From Vicugna vicugna (lineage: Eukaryota), in assembly GCA_013265495.1 (NCBI GenBank), contig MU058198.1:3794419-3858418 (forward strand): 64,000 nucleotides of DNA, given 5' to 3'. The notes under the pieces were generated by a model, which saw nothing but the letters and a program-made list of their open reading frames with translations, made no database searches and had not been told where the DNA came from. Positions 1 through 12,827 of the stretch are shown here, piece after piece. The translations under genes were made by a program, and so were the position numbers. Position 1 is the stretch's first letter. Every line of letters starts with the position of its first letter.

Positions 1-1397
1 GGAATGGACGAAGACGACCCCCTGCATAATTGCCCTTGCGCGTAGCAGGTGACAGCCAAGTGCCGGTCCTGGTGAAAGGTAGGGAACTAATGAAATGAGT
101 TGTCATGAAAGCTTCTGGAGCTCAGGGTGCTGGCTTGCAGGGCCTAGAGCAGGGCGTGGTCATCCAGTGGGTTACGCCTCCTCCCATCGGCGTAAATGAC
201 ATGGCGGTATGGGAGGGTCCATGTGTGAGGGCTGTGACCCAAGGCTCCCTCTGTCTGGGTGATCAGCGCGGGATTCGGCTGTGCCGTAGCGGAGGGTGCT
301 GTGCGTTGAGGCCACACCGTGGGGAGCATGTCTTATCGGAGAATTTGTAGTGTGTGGTGGTGCTGTAATATCTCAGTGTCGTAGGCTCGCATAAGATGTG
401 TCAATCGGAGTGCCCGATTGAGATCTTGATGGCGTTCATATATTATCGTGACTCGCCTCTCTGAGGTCCAGTGATGTCTATAACAACTAATGCCAGGCTC
501 GCCGGGAAAACGAGGGAGAGACACAGACCTTGGGCTCAAGGCTCCAGCTGCCCCGAGGAGAAAGCCCTTGGGATCAACGTACCCACCTGGCAGCATAGAT
601 GAACCAAACTGAAGCGTGAGAGAAAAGTAACAAGGCGACAAGGACACCTTGTTTCATGACAGTCCGTGGAATCTTCAACAAACGCTAGGGTGTGTATACA
701 GCGACCTGCCTGCTAGTAAACATGGCTCTCCTCTTGCTCTAAAACGTGATCAATCTGATCATCAGTTCTCCGTGGGCAGGGGTTGGGTCCAGCTGGATGG
801 GCCACTGACATTAAGAAGTGCCGGGTTTCCTACATCCTTTCATCCTGGGCAGCCATCTGGCGCTATCTGGACATGATCAGCACGCTCACCTCCTCCTTCC
901 TTTTATTCCAGCCTCGGTGTCAGGCTCACATACTCCAGCCCTGCCTGTCCGCTAGACTGATGCCAGTCACGTCTGCTCCTGTTCTCCGTTCTTATCACTG
1001 TGCATTTTGCCCCGTAGAATTTTAAGGCATCTGCACATCTTCAAAGTCTGGGAATCTTGCAAACTAAAAAACAAAAACAAAAACAAAAAACAAGAAAGAA
1101 ACAGAACCCCTTGTCCCCATTGTCCTTTACTCAGCCTTCCATTTAATAATCGTTTCCAAATTGCTATGTAGGTTACTGGATCACATACCGTTAACTCACA
1201 TCCTCTGGGTGTCTAAATGCCGAACTGCTGCAGAAGCCAGATCGCGCTCACAGGGCTTGGTTTCTCGGTAATTCTGTCATCTGAAAACATTGTTTATGTA
1301 GCTGAGGTCAAAAGCTTCAAGCACGGCTCTAATGAACTGCAGTTCTGTTCATGTGACATTCTCCTCCAAACCCAATTGCCCTTTACACTGTATAAGT

Positions 1398-1400
<3 letters not shown>

Positions 1401-1432
<32 letters not shown>

Positions 1433-1445
1433 TGTGAGTGTGTGT
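1401..1445. repeat. (TG)n microsatellite
   Basis: (TG)15 followed by imperfect copies. Confidence 0.97.
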
Positions 1446-4400
1446 TTGATGTGCTGACATTTCTCATGGAAGCCTCAAAGCATGACCTTTGTATGTTTGC
1501 TATTAAAACTCCAAATTCAAGGCTTAAGTAAGGGATCTCACTTTTACTTAACATGATATATTTAAGAGTAGAACCCAGCTCCCCCGAAGTACCAAATGCT
1601 CAAGAGAGCAATCCCTTTTTGAAAATTGGGATTAAAAATAATTCTCGTAAGACCTGTACTGTTCAGATGCATTGGGGAAAAAAAATACTGAACTCTGGTC
1701 TGTGCCCAGCACTGTTTTAAGTGCCTTCTGGGCATTACCTCATTTAATTCTCACAACCCTATGAGGTAGGTGTCATTGTCGCCGTATTGCAGATGAGGGC
1801 ACGAAACTTGGAAACGTTAGAGGACATCTGCTCAAAGTCCCGCAGCTAGCAGGTGGCCGAGCCAGGACTTGAACCATGGCATCTACCTGCCCAGTGTCCT
1901 GGAAAGATGGTTAGAAGCACCTGGAGCCCCTTCTAAGGTCTGCGGTGGCACTGACGGGAGAGCGCCTTGAGAACACTGTCTGGTGGTGTCTGTTATGTAA
2001 CAGAAAAGCACTGCATATTCTTACAGTTCAAATGAATTACAATTTATTTTAAAATATTGCAACAAACAAGTAGCATATCCACACCTTTCACAATTCACTG
2101 GCAGGATTTTTAAAAGATGCAGTGCTCTTTCCTTGCTGCTCAAGGCTTTGATTTCGAGGCTGACAGAGACAGCAGACTTTGAATAACCCCTGGAAGGGCG
2201 AACATGGCAGCATCTGAAATGAGGCCTCGGACGAGCTCATTAAGGAGTAGACGTTCCCCCTACCCGGTTCTGTCAGTTCTTTCCGTTCTCCGGCATGTGG
2301 AGTTTGCAGAGATCTTAATCAAAATATTAGGCTACATCCATACACTTACTAACAAACAGCCAGCAGTTGCTGGGGACATGTAGCCTGGAGTCAGTGTATC
2401 TGTTCATCTCCCGTTCCATCCATCCACCTACCCACGGAAAGTCTCCTTAAACTGCAGGCTCAACCAGGCTCCCTTTGAAAGATGATTCAAATCGGCAGGT
2501 TGTTCCTGGGCCAAGGGAAGTTCCTACATCATTTGCTGGGTGCCTGACTTTGAGCTGTCCCCTGGCAGAGGAGCCAGTCGTTAGATTGAAATGGTAGGCG
2601 GGAAGGTCACATGCTGAAACTGTTAGGCCATGTCTAGCAGTAGCCACTGAAATATAACAAGTCAAGAACTGAAGGATGCCTTAGAAGTGGACTTCAACCC
2701 TTCCATTCTACAGATGAGCAAGCAGAGGCCCAGAGATTTGCCCAAGTGACTCACACAGGGAATATGTTAGAACCGAGACAAGACAACTAGCCCCCCATTT
2801 AATGCATGCAAAGCTTTATTAATAACACTGTTTACAACAGTAGCAATCAAAAGGGTCAGGCATTTTCTGTGAAGTTACTCAGTTTCACTAGATAGCAGAG
2901 CACTTGATCTAATTTATTGATCTCATTTCACCTTCACAACGGCCCCACAAAATAGATGCTATTATTACAGGCTCAGAGAAGTTAAGTAACTTGCCCGTGG
3001 TCACAAAGCCAATTGAATTTGAAGTCTTATTTCTTTATCTTCAAAGCCCATCCTCTGGGCTTCTATGATCTTTCTTCTCTCATCTCCCAAATTCAGCTGC
3101 ACAGATGTGGGATTCGAACCACTCTTGGACCAGTCCCAATTTAAATACTTTCCTGGGGAATGGACTCTGTTGGGTGAATGTCTATGGAGTCTGGTTTCTG
3201 GCTTCTGCTGTCAGCTTTGCCCCGGTTGTAATTCTTACCGCAATGCCCCAGAAAGCGATTAGGAGAACGTGAGAAAATGAGCAGGTAGCTCCAGGGAGAC
3301 TGCGTCAAGAGAAAGGAACACGGGCGGAGAGTCAGACGGAGCCAGGATTCAGACCCCAGCCTTGCTATCCAGCCTCTGAGTAAAGATGGGCAAGTAACTC
3401 AACCTCTCTGAGCCTCCACAGACACAGACTCTCCAATCTCAGACAGTCTCTTAAGCCTTCTCTGAGCCTCCTGGGCAAATCCCCAAAACTTCTCTTTTCT
3501 GAAGGTCCCCCTCCTAAAGTTCCAGGCTCCTTGGTCTCAGCCCATGGCCCCATCTCCTAAGTCACGGGGGAGTCGAGGCCCGTAGGTGCCCATGGGTGGC
3601 TGGGTGGCCTCAACTTCCCACGCCCTCCCTACACCTGCATGGTCATCTTGACATCTTTGATCTCCTTCCCTCTGTGTGTCAGCAAACAGGTGCCCCCCTA
3701 TGAAGACCTTCCCTTTCTGCTCTGAACCCCTGTTCTCCAGTCTCCTTTGCACATCTGCTCTGGCCAGACTCTGCCTACACCTTCTCGATGAATCAGAGCC
3801 CCTGCAGTTGCAGATAGGAACCTGAGTCAAACTGACTTAAACAACAACAAATTTTTTTTTTAAGTATTTAGTTATGGCTGGATCCAGGGTCTGAACACTG
3901 TCAAAAGGAACCCACTTCTCAGTACCCCTTGGGATTGTTTTCCTCTTTGTTGACTTCATTCTTCATTCTCCAAAGGCTTTCTTGGGTGCATGGCTACTCC
4001 AGACTTATGTCCCATTATTTTAGTCATTTCTGCTGAAAAAGAGCTTCCTTTTCCTAAAATTCCCAGCATCCTGGAACTCAATCTTATTGAAAGATACTGG
4101 GACATATGCTCATCTCTAAAGCAATCACTGTGCCCGGGTAATGGAGTGTTCTGATTGGCCAGGCGCAGGTCACCTGCCAAGGGGCTGGGTCCACCCTATC
4201 CAAAGACATCTTGGAGAGAGGAAGGAGTGGGTCCTCCAAGAAAAACAAAGCCACTGTCCCTACTGAGTAGGCAGACCTGCAGACGTCCTTTCTAACTCTC
4301 TTCTGGTTCATTCACGACAAAGAAACATGCTAAGTCTTTCTCGTCTTTAAAATCCCTTCCCTCAGACCTGGGATCCCTCCGCCCTATCACGGGGGCTCCT

Positions 4401-6845
4401 GCCCTATCTTCTCATACGAACAAATTCTGGAAAGAGTTCTTGCTCTCTCCACTTCATCACCATCCATTCTTTCCGCAGTTCAGTGCAATCTGGCTTCTGC
4501 CCCCACCATTCTGTTGAAATTGCTTGCGTTGAGTCAGCAGTGACCTCCAAATTGCCTCCTCTCGGCGACTTGTCTTATCTTTCTTGACCTCATCAAATTG
4601 GGTACTTTGATCTTCCTTCCTGTAGGAAAAAAAAAAATTCTGAAAAGTAAAAAATTCCAACAGCATCAAAAGCGATGTGGTGAAATTAAGTACCTCCCCA
4701 TAGACGCCTAACCAGGCTCCTTGGTTTTCCTTCCCAGAGCCGCCCACCGCGATCGGCTTCCTGGGCGACCTCCTGGAGAGGCTGTGTTCAGTCACGGAGG
4801 TCGTCCAGGTCACACACGAGGGTGTGAGTGCTCGTGTTCAATTCCCAGGCCTCCCTTTACTCCCTTCCATCTTGGAGGGGTTTTTTTGCTTTTGTTTTTG
4901 TTTTGTTTTTTTACCAGCACATCTCAATCTACTTCCTTCTTTCAACAGCTTCCTCGTTTCCTACATGTAAGTCTGTTTGTAGGATCAACTCAGAATCTCT
5001 CCCTCCTTTTCAAGTCCCTCTTCTCCCTCGTTTTTATGGCACTGAGCTGACTGATTTTTTCCCAGTAGAACCACTGACTCCATGAAGACTTCTAATGACA
5101 GTAAAATTGGAGGATTAAGACAGGCCCATGACCCAGAGAGGGAAAGGGAAAGAAAAAGTGTTCTTCTTGTTTATTTACAAAGTGCAGTTTCTTCAAAACA
5201 GTCACAAAATGCCCTCCGATGAGGGTATGAAAAGCCATAACTCAGAGGTGGTGTGTGAATCTGCTGGAAATGTCCTTCCAAGGGAGTGAGGCTTGGGACC
5301 CTTTGGTGCCTTCCGCCCACATCTTTCCCTCGCCTGCTCTAACTGGGAGCCCCAGGGCCTGGCTCCACCTGCTGGCTTCCCCACATACCCCGCCAGCCTT
5401 GGTGGGAAAGATTTTGAGACTCTGTGTTTTAAGTGCCTGTACCTGTTCACGGTAAAGTCCTTGGTGTCCTAGGAGAGCCTGGGGTGTGTGGCAGGGTCTG
5501 TAGGCCCCCTCTGTTGCCAGAGCGCAGCCACAGCCATCAGACTAGCTCACTGGACAGGACCGGGTGAGCCAGCACTCAGCAAACCGCAGCTCCCAGCTCC
5601 CATGTCAGGGATTTTACGTGTGTTTCGTCAAGTCATCCTCACCACACACGGCGAGATGGGTCCACATGACAAAACAGAAAACCTAGCTTAGGGAATTTAG
5701 CTAACTGCTTACAGATTGTGTAGCTGGGACTTGATGGTGCCAGGATTGGGACCCAGGTCAACTTAACTTTTAAGTCCATGCCACATGATTGGATACAGTT
5801 TACCAAGCAGTGAGATGTCGCGACATCCTGTGGTCTTTGGAATCAAGCAAGCCAGACTGAATCTCAGTTCCCCTCCTTACCCTGTCTGACCCTGAACAGA
5901 TTGTTAGCTTTTCCAGTTATCTGTTAGGTGGACACAATCCTTTTCCTGCCAGTCTTAGAGACTTCTGAGAAAGCTATAAAAACACAGGCAAATAAAAGGG
6001 AAAATTACAATTTGAGGGCTCGTTGACTTGAAGCCAGCAACGTAGGTTTAGGATGAATGGTGAAGAACAGATAAGAACAATATGATACTTTCTTGACATG
6101 GGAAAATGGTTAGAGTGTATTTCATCTCATTTTTTAAAAGCAGGCTAAAGAATAGATTGACAATTGTACAGTTTTTAAAGAGTTAAAAAAAAATCCATCC
6201 ATTGATTCATTCAGCCATCCAGGACACAGACCAAGCTGTTAACCTAATGAAGATATTGGGGTGGTGGGATCTCAGAGGGTTTTGTTGTTAATTTTTCTTG
6301 GTGCTTTTGAACAAGTTGTTTCTGCAGTAAATGGATCAGTTGTCAAATCTGGGATGAAATCATAGTCAGTTACTTAAGTGCTAAATAAGTCTGTTGCTCC
6401 TTGTGTAGCAGACTCCACAGACCTGTTGGATGAAATGAGATCAGGCTTGTAAAGTGCTCACACAGTCTGCCTGGTAATAAGCACCTCATACACTCTGCTA
6501 GTCACCCACCTGACAACATCAAGTGCCTGCTGTGTGCCGGACCCTGTACTGGGACCTGGAAGTTCAGTGATGGGAAATCAGATGTGGCTTCAGCTCTCAC
6601 AGACCTTACAGTCTAGATGGGGATGTAGACAATAACAGATAAGCAGAGAAATTAGCATGTAATTATAGACTAGGATGTTCACATATTTTATTTCCCATGG
6701 AAGAAATGAACAGATTGCTCTGACAGAGGACAAGAGATTAGAATAAGGGGATCTCTCTTACTTGCAGGTGATCCAGAACAACTTCTCTGAGGAGGTAGCA
6801 TGTAAACTGGGATCTGGAGGAAAACAAAACATTGCATGTTATTTT

Positions 6846-7559
6846 TATTTTCTTTAATTGAAGTTTAGTTGATTTATAATGTTGTGTTAGTTTCTGGTGT
6901 ACAGCAAAGTGATTCAGTTCTACATATATATATATATTCTTTTTCATAATGATTTATTACAGGGTATTGAATATGGTTCCCTGTGCTATCCAGGAGGACC
7001 TTGTTGTTTATCTATTTTATCTATAGTAGTTTGTATTTGCCAATCCCAAACCCCTAATTTATCCCTTCTCCCCTCCCCTTACCCCTTTGATAACCATAAG
7101 TTTCTTTTCTATGTCTGTGAGTCTGTTTTGGTTTTGTACATAACTTCATTTGTCTCATTTTTTTAAGATTCCACATATGAATGATATGTGATATTTGTCT
7201 TTCTCTGTCCGACTTAAATCACTTAATATGATAAGCTGTATGTCCATCCATGTTGCTGCAAATGGCATTATTTTATTTTTTATGGCTGAGTAGTATTCCT
7301 GTGTGTGTATTGTGTGTGTATACGTCTTCTTTATCCAGTCATCTGTTGATGGACATTTAGGTTGTTTACGTGTCTTGGCGATTGTCAGTCCTACTGCTAT
7401 GAACACTGGGGTGCATGTATCTTTTTGACTTAGAGTTCCCTCCACATACATGCCCAGGAGTGAGATTGCTGGATCATATGGCAACTCTATTTCTAGTTTT
7501 TAAGGAACCTCTGTACTATTTTTCATAGTGGCTGCACCAGTTACAGTTCCCACCCACAG
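6846..7559 (-). mobile_element. 5'-truncated LINE-1 (ORF2 C-terminus + 3'UTR) with target-site duplication
   Basis: ORF 7155..7484 (PYDPAISLLG...CTPVFIA...KQPKCPSTDDWIKK...FAATWMD) is the L1 ORF2 C-terminus. TSD GCATGTTATTTT at 6834-6845 and 7560-7571. Confidence 0.95.
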
Positions 7560-8627
7560 GCATGTTATTTTCAAATTAATTTTTTTTTAAATGAAACTTG
7601 CTATCAAGCACAAAAGACCCCCTCCCTTGTTGACTTCCTCCTAGATAGACACGGAGATCAAATACCCCTGATTGTTAAGGGACCTTCGTGATTAGGAAAG
7701 GAGACTTTCATCTTTCCTTCTTTGCCAAAGGCCAGACCGTGTGGAAGATTGTCTGACACTGCTTGGGAGAAAAACTTGGTCCACAAACGACTTTTTTCAA
7801 TGACCAAATGTGTGTGCAGCTCTGTGCTTGGCCGGCTGCTTCTTGCTGGCTGGGTCCCTCCTGCGTCCTCCTGCTGCGGAGAACCACAAGACATAAGAAG
7901 GATCCCGAGTTTCATTGAATTTGCACATTAAGAAAGAGAGAGAGCGGGAGACTCCTTTGTCTTCCACTTGGACTCGTGGCTTGGATGTCTTTTCGCTGTG
8001 TCCTCCTCTGGGCTCCTGAAGATGCTCTGGTGCCTGGGTGGGGGCTGGCAGGAAGCACCCCTGTGCCACCGGCCTCCTGTTACCAACGCCGGTTAAGCAG
8101 TGAGCAGCGTGGGGCGGGCCCTTATCCCCTTCTCCAGCATCCTGCCCTGTCCCTACCCTCTCTTCACCTCCACTTCTTCCCTGGGCTCTTTCCTTCCCTC
8201 CTCCAAAGAAGCGATGTCTTTCTTTCCGGTCCCACTCAGCATAGATGTCACCTCCTCCAGAAAGCCTTCCCGGCCCTTCTTGGGTTCCTCCCCTCTGCAC
8301 TCAGTGGCAGCACTGGTCACGTGGCACCATGCCGTGGCCTGGGTGTGCTCTGTCTCCTCTGCTAGACTCTAAGCTCCACGACAACAAGGACAGGGTCCTC
8401 CTTCCCTATCATCTTATATCTGGTGCTCGGCAGGCACGCTGCTGGGCAGAAGATGCCCACTTAGAGAACCTTAAACATTAGCCTTTGTCATCGTCCTCTT
8501 AACACCAAAGTACTCATGAGAGCAGCCACTTGGGAGATCTTAGAGGTTTTAACTAAGATGAAGTGCATTAAACAGCACCAGGCAGATTTTAACAATTTGG
8601 CTAAATGTTTCCATCCCCTTTATTTCT

Positions 8628-8686
8628 GTTTTTTTATATTATATTTTTATTGAAACATAGTTAGTTCATAATGTTGTGTCAATATT
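8628..8686 (-). mobile_element. Very short L1 3'-end insertion
   Basis: L1 terminal sequence (attgaaacatagttagttcataatgttgtgtcaat) with a T-rich tail, flanked by TSD CCCTTTATTTCT (8616-8627, 8687-8698). Confidence 0.75.
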
Positions 8687-10539
8687 CCCTTTATTTCTAT
8701 TTCTCTCCTTTCTCTGCTGCGATTGCTCCCTCATTTAAAATAGCTTTTGTAGTTTTTTTTCTTATTACACACAAAAATAATAACACTTGATGGTCATTTA
8801 AATTTTCAAAAATACAATAAGCATAACAGATAAAGGAGAAAATATGAACAATCTGTAGCTCCCCCGATCTCTATAAGCACCTGTGTAATACGCCTGCAGA
8901 CAGTACAGACACATGTATGTCTATAATTTATAGAATGGGAACATATTGTATACACTGCTATTAATTATATGTAACTGTTATTTAATATTCTTCTACATCT
9001 TATGTTAAAAGCGTTTTGCATGGTAACATATAAAATAGTTGCGTCATTATTTATTTAACTGTTTGCCCTATAGGTCGAGAGTTGATTTCAAATAATTTTT
9101 TTTACCTCTAACAATTCTGTGATGAACATTTCTTATCTTGATGGGATAAACTCAGGGGTATAGAGGAGGGGTCCAGGAGAGGCTTCTGGAGGCAGTGTTT
9201 GGAGACAGAGAGGATGCAAGTGTTCGGAGACGGGGGAGGCAAGTGTTCCTGGCGGAGGAGACAGCCTGTGCACAGGCTTGGAGGTGAGAGAGCGCATGAG
9301 CAGTCTAGGAACCTGGAGTATTTCAGCATAGCTGGAGGGCATGTTGCAGGCGGGAGGAGTTGGACCTGGGGAACTTGGGCAGTGATGGGGCTATTTGACC
9401 AGGGCCGGGTTCCGAACAGCCAGTAAGTCATGCTGAGGAGTGCGGCTTTGGGCAGTGGGCAGGCATCGCAGATAAGAGCAGGGAAGTGATGTATCCAGGT
9501 TGGTGTCTTTGAAAGATCCCTGTGGTTGCTGTGACTGAGCCAACTCCACATTTGACAGCTAGGCTCAGAGCTGTTATTAACACAAAGAAACAGAAATTAA
9601 AAAGGAAAGAAGAAAGAGAAAAAAAAAAGTTCATATGTAAATAGCTCACAGATAAGCTTTTCAGATGATCTTGGCTCTTAAATTCTGGAGGACAGGTGAA
9701 GTCACAATCCTTACTCCCCCTCCAACCCTGGAAGAGGTGACTGAAGTGACCTCGTTGGCTTTGGCCCCCATTCCTGTTCCAGAAGCCGTAGCGGTGCACC
9801 CTGATGACGAGGGGCGTGGGTTTTCTTTTAGCCACTGAGTGAGGCTGCAGCATCCACCCAAGACAGCCAGAGAAGCAGGTGTGGTCCACGCTGTGTTGGT
9901 AATTAGATCCTACAGCCGCCGCGCTGCCCATTCTCCAAGGACACGGCAGGCGCAGCGCTGATCCGGGCTGTGCCTCCCAGGGGCTGACGTCTCCATTTAG
10001 GGAGCGCTCCTGAAGCTAATGGACAGTGACAGCTCCGTTTGAAAAACATGGAAACACTTAGGGAGGCTGCGATCTGCCAGCCTCCTAAGCTGCTGATTAG
10101 CAGGGAAGTCACGCTCCCGCTGCATTGTGCCCCCTTGGTTAACCCCTGTCCCTGCATCTCCTCTCTGCTATCTCACTTAAAGATTTCATTGTTCCCCAGG
10201 CTGTGGGGGGAGTGATGGGAGGGGAAGGCTGCCAGAAGCTGTTTCTCTGTCTCCCATCACAGCCCCTGGGGAGGCCCCGGCAAAGCAACAGCCTTCTGGT
10301 GTGGATGGGAAATTGTTGGCACTTAAAGAAAAATGGCCACTGAAGACTCTCTGTGTCTCAGCGAACACGCTTCTTATTCTGGCTGGTTGGGGGCCTAACA
10401 CCCAGGCCAGAGAGAAATATCTGCAGGGCTGCCGTGTAACATGCCATCTCACCCCTCCCATCCCTGCCACCAACACCTCTCTGTTTTTCCCAGCTCCATC
10501 CTTCTGCTCCACCCTATTCCCCACATCTCTCTCTTCTGG

Positions 10540-10820
10540 ATGACTGCAACCATCTCCGAGTGTCCCCGGTTGCCTCTGCCATTGGTATAGTTCCCATTTC
10601 AGTCCTGCCACCACAGCACGGGGACTCCCGCCCAACCTTTGACATCCCCACTGGACTCTCAGACTTGTCATAAATGAAACCAAGTGCTCAATTTCTCCCC
10701 CAAAATACACTCTACTCCCTGGTGGAGCCCACTCACCAAGTTGCCCAGACCCAAAGTCACCCAGACATCCTCTCTTCCTCTCACAGCCCACATCTGGTCC
10801 ATCAGTCTGGGCCATCCCTG
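10540..10820. mobile_element. L2 fragment (one of many)
   Basis: ccactcaccaagttgcccagacccaaagtcacccagacatcctctcttcctctcacagcccacatctggtccatcag. Other L2 pieces at ~8230-8460, 9120-9570, 24030-24520 and 60240-60450. Confidence 0.6.
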
Positions 10821-11329
10821 GTTCTCCTTTTACTGCTCTAAGTTTTAAGGGCAGTTTTCTCTTTGGCAAATGGAAATCAAATACCCACCTCCTAGGGGTA
10901 GCTACGTGAATTAAAAAGCTAAAGGTTGCGACACACTTAGCAAATGTTGTTGCCTAGAAAGCTCTCAATGGTTTTTATTACTATTACTGTCACTATTGTT
11001 ATTATCTTTTTTCCACCCTCTATAGGCTGTCCTTTAAAAATTTTTTTCAAGACCTCCGTCCTGAGCTCCACAACCCATACTTCTAACTCCCTCAGATCAT
11101 CTCCTAAAATGGTGGTCCCTCAAAGTCATCATGTCCAAAATGGAAATAGTCATCTTTCTGAATTCGCCTACATTCTTTGTCTTGGTTATAACCACGTTCG
11201 GAGTTATAACCACGTTCTCTGCCCTTCACACCAGAGACCTCATCATCCCCATCCTTGGCATCTCCTTCCTCTGCCCACACCCCTGCCCCGCTCCATGTCC
11301 ACCAACCAGTTCTTGCAACATGGCGCCAG

Positions 11330-11570
11330 GAGCTTGGACTCTGATGTCAGGCAGACCTGGCTCACACGGCAGCTCTGCTGTTCATTAGCAACGTGACCGT
11401 GAACAATTACATAACCTCCTTGGCCTCAGTCTCATCTGTACGATGGGGATGACAGTATTACTCACTTCATAGGGTTATTGGGAGGATTAAATAAGATACT
11501 TCAAGTCAAGAGCATTCCAGGGTGCCTGGAACATAGCAAATGCACAATAAATATTAACTTCATGATTATT
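11330..11570 (+). mobile_element. MIR (one of many in the window)
   Basis: Core ggcctcagtctcatctgtacgatggggatgacagtattactcacttcatagggttattgggaggattaaataagata. Similar copies at ~1700-1890, 27770-27980, 28690-28860 and 62690-62900. Confidence 0.8.
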
Positions 11571-12605
11571 GTTATTACTACTACTGCTACTACTGTGTTC
11601 TTAGGTGGTGATGGCTTCCTGTAGACACTGAAACACTTAGAAATGTCATGCAAATGGGTGTTGCTGGTGAAGAACAAAGAACTCCAGATTTAGTGACTTT
11701 TCGCATTAGATGGGAGCTGGAGTGTGTATGTGTGCGTATTCACATGTGGGTATACACATGGACACACACATACACACACACTTTACCACCCTGCCTCAGA
11801 CCAGGACATTTTCATACAGAAGGCTAACAGGGTGGGTGAGAAATGGCGATGGTTTTCTCTCCAGAGCCAGATTGCCTCACCAAGCACTGGTCTGGCTGCA
11901 TCCCACGCCCGTCATTCCCATCTGGAGGGAGAATGGCTGAGTTTACTTCCTGGCACCTTGTAATTAAGGACTGATGACTTATCATGCTAACCAGGGCCTC
12001 GTGGTTGCCTAACCATTGCAGGCACCAAACCCAGGTCTTGAGATCTTTTTCCATTGACCAGAGTTTGTAAACCCCTGTATCTGTGGGACTGGAAAACATC
12101 CACTGTTCCTGACTAAGAGCCAGAGGATAGCACTTTGAGGGACCTGCTGCTTAATACTGGGATCTCCCAGGTGATGTATGAATGGATCCTTACTTTGCAT
12201 CTTGTGCCACAAGAAACATCTTGAGGACCTTAATCCCCATCTCCTTCAACTGATGCGGTTGGCCGACTCCTTGGGGTGGGGTCCTGGGGACACGCCACAT
12301 GCCACCAGCCCCATCCCATGCCTTTGCCATCCAGCTCCTGACTGCCCAGAAGGACCAGGGGCAGCGCATGAGCTACAGGAACTGAAGGTCGGGAGCCCAA
12401 GGTCATGTGCCAATCAATGATCATGAGAATTTTGCATCTTATGTTGCTCTCATTTCTGATCATGGAAACCTCTCCAAAGTGAAAGGGAAGGGATTGGAGA
12501 AAACCTCACCCAGTTTTGTTTGGTTCTGTTTGATTTTGGTTTTGGATTTTGTTTTTGTTTTTTTTTTTCCCACCCACCACAAATTCTTCTCTTCCCCTCT
12601 CATAG

Positions 12606-12764
12606 TGTGGGCGAAATGCTGAAAACTTCGACCGATTTTTCACCCGCCATCCACCCGTCCTAACACCTCCTGACCAGGAAGTCATCAGGAATATTGACCA
12701 ATCAGAATTCGAAGGATTTTCCTTTGTTAACTCTGAATTTTTAAAACCTGAAGTCAAGAGCTAA
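12606..12764 (+). CDS. PRKCB: Protein kinase C beta, betaII-specific terminal (V5) coding exon, 52 aa + stop
   Basis: Polypyrimidine tract and AG (cttctcttcccctctcatag) end at 12605. Phase-0 translation is [52 protein letters not shown], the PKC-betaII C-tail with NFD motif, turn motif (LTPPD) and hydrophobic motif (FEGFSF). Missing from the ORF track because it has no ATG. Confidence 0.98.
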   Translation, partial: CGRNAENFDRFFTRHPPVLTPPDQEVIRNIDQSEFEGFSFVNSEFLKPEVKS

Positions 12765-12821
12765 GTAGATGTGTAGATCTCCGTCCTTCATTTCTGTCAT
12801 TCAAGCTCAACAGCTATTGTG

Positions 12822-12827
12822 GTGACA
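12822..12827 (+). promoter_or_regulatory. PRKCB: Internal 5' splice donor of the betaII exon (GTG|GTGACA), giving a 216-nt exon that can splice to the betaI exon
   Basis: 12606-12821 is 216 nt, matching the betaII exon length I recall from rodent PKC-beta splicing work; GT follows directly. Confidence 0.7.

Larger units (their letters stand above)
1..12605 (+). other. PRKCB: 3' part of the last constitutive PRKCB intron
   Basis: No PKC kinase-domain exon (ending ...PPYKPKA) is visible upstream of the betaII acceptor; the region is mostly MIR/L2/L1/LTR remnants. Confidence 0.85.

Noticed and set aside
7155..7484. 109-aa ORF as a host gene
   Set aside because: L1 ORF2 C-terminal remnant in a truncated insertion.
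10186..10869. 227-aa minus-strand ORF
   Set aside because: Overlaps L2 remnants, has no ATG start and no recognisable domain.
11185..11217. Tandem duplication of GTTATAACCACGTTC
   Set aside because: Ordinary small slippage duplication within repeat-derived intronic DNA.
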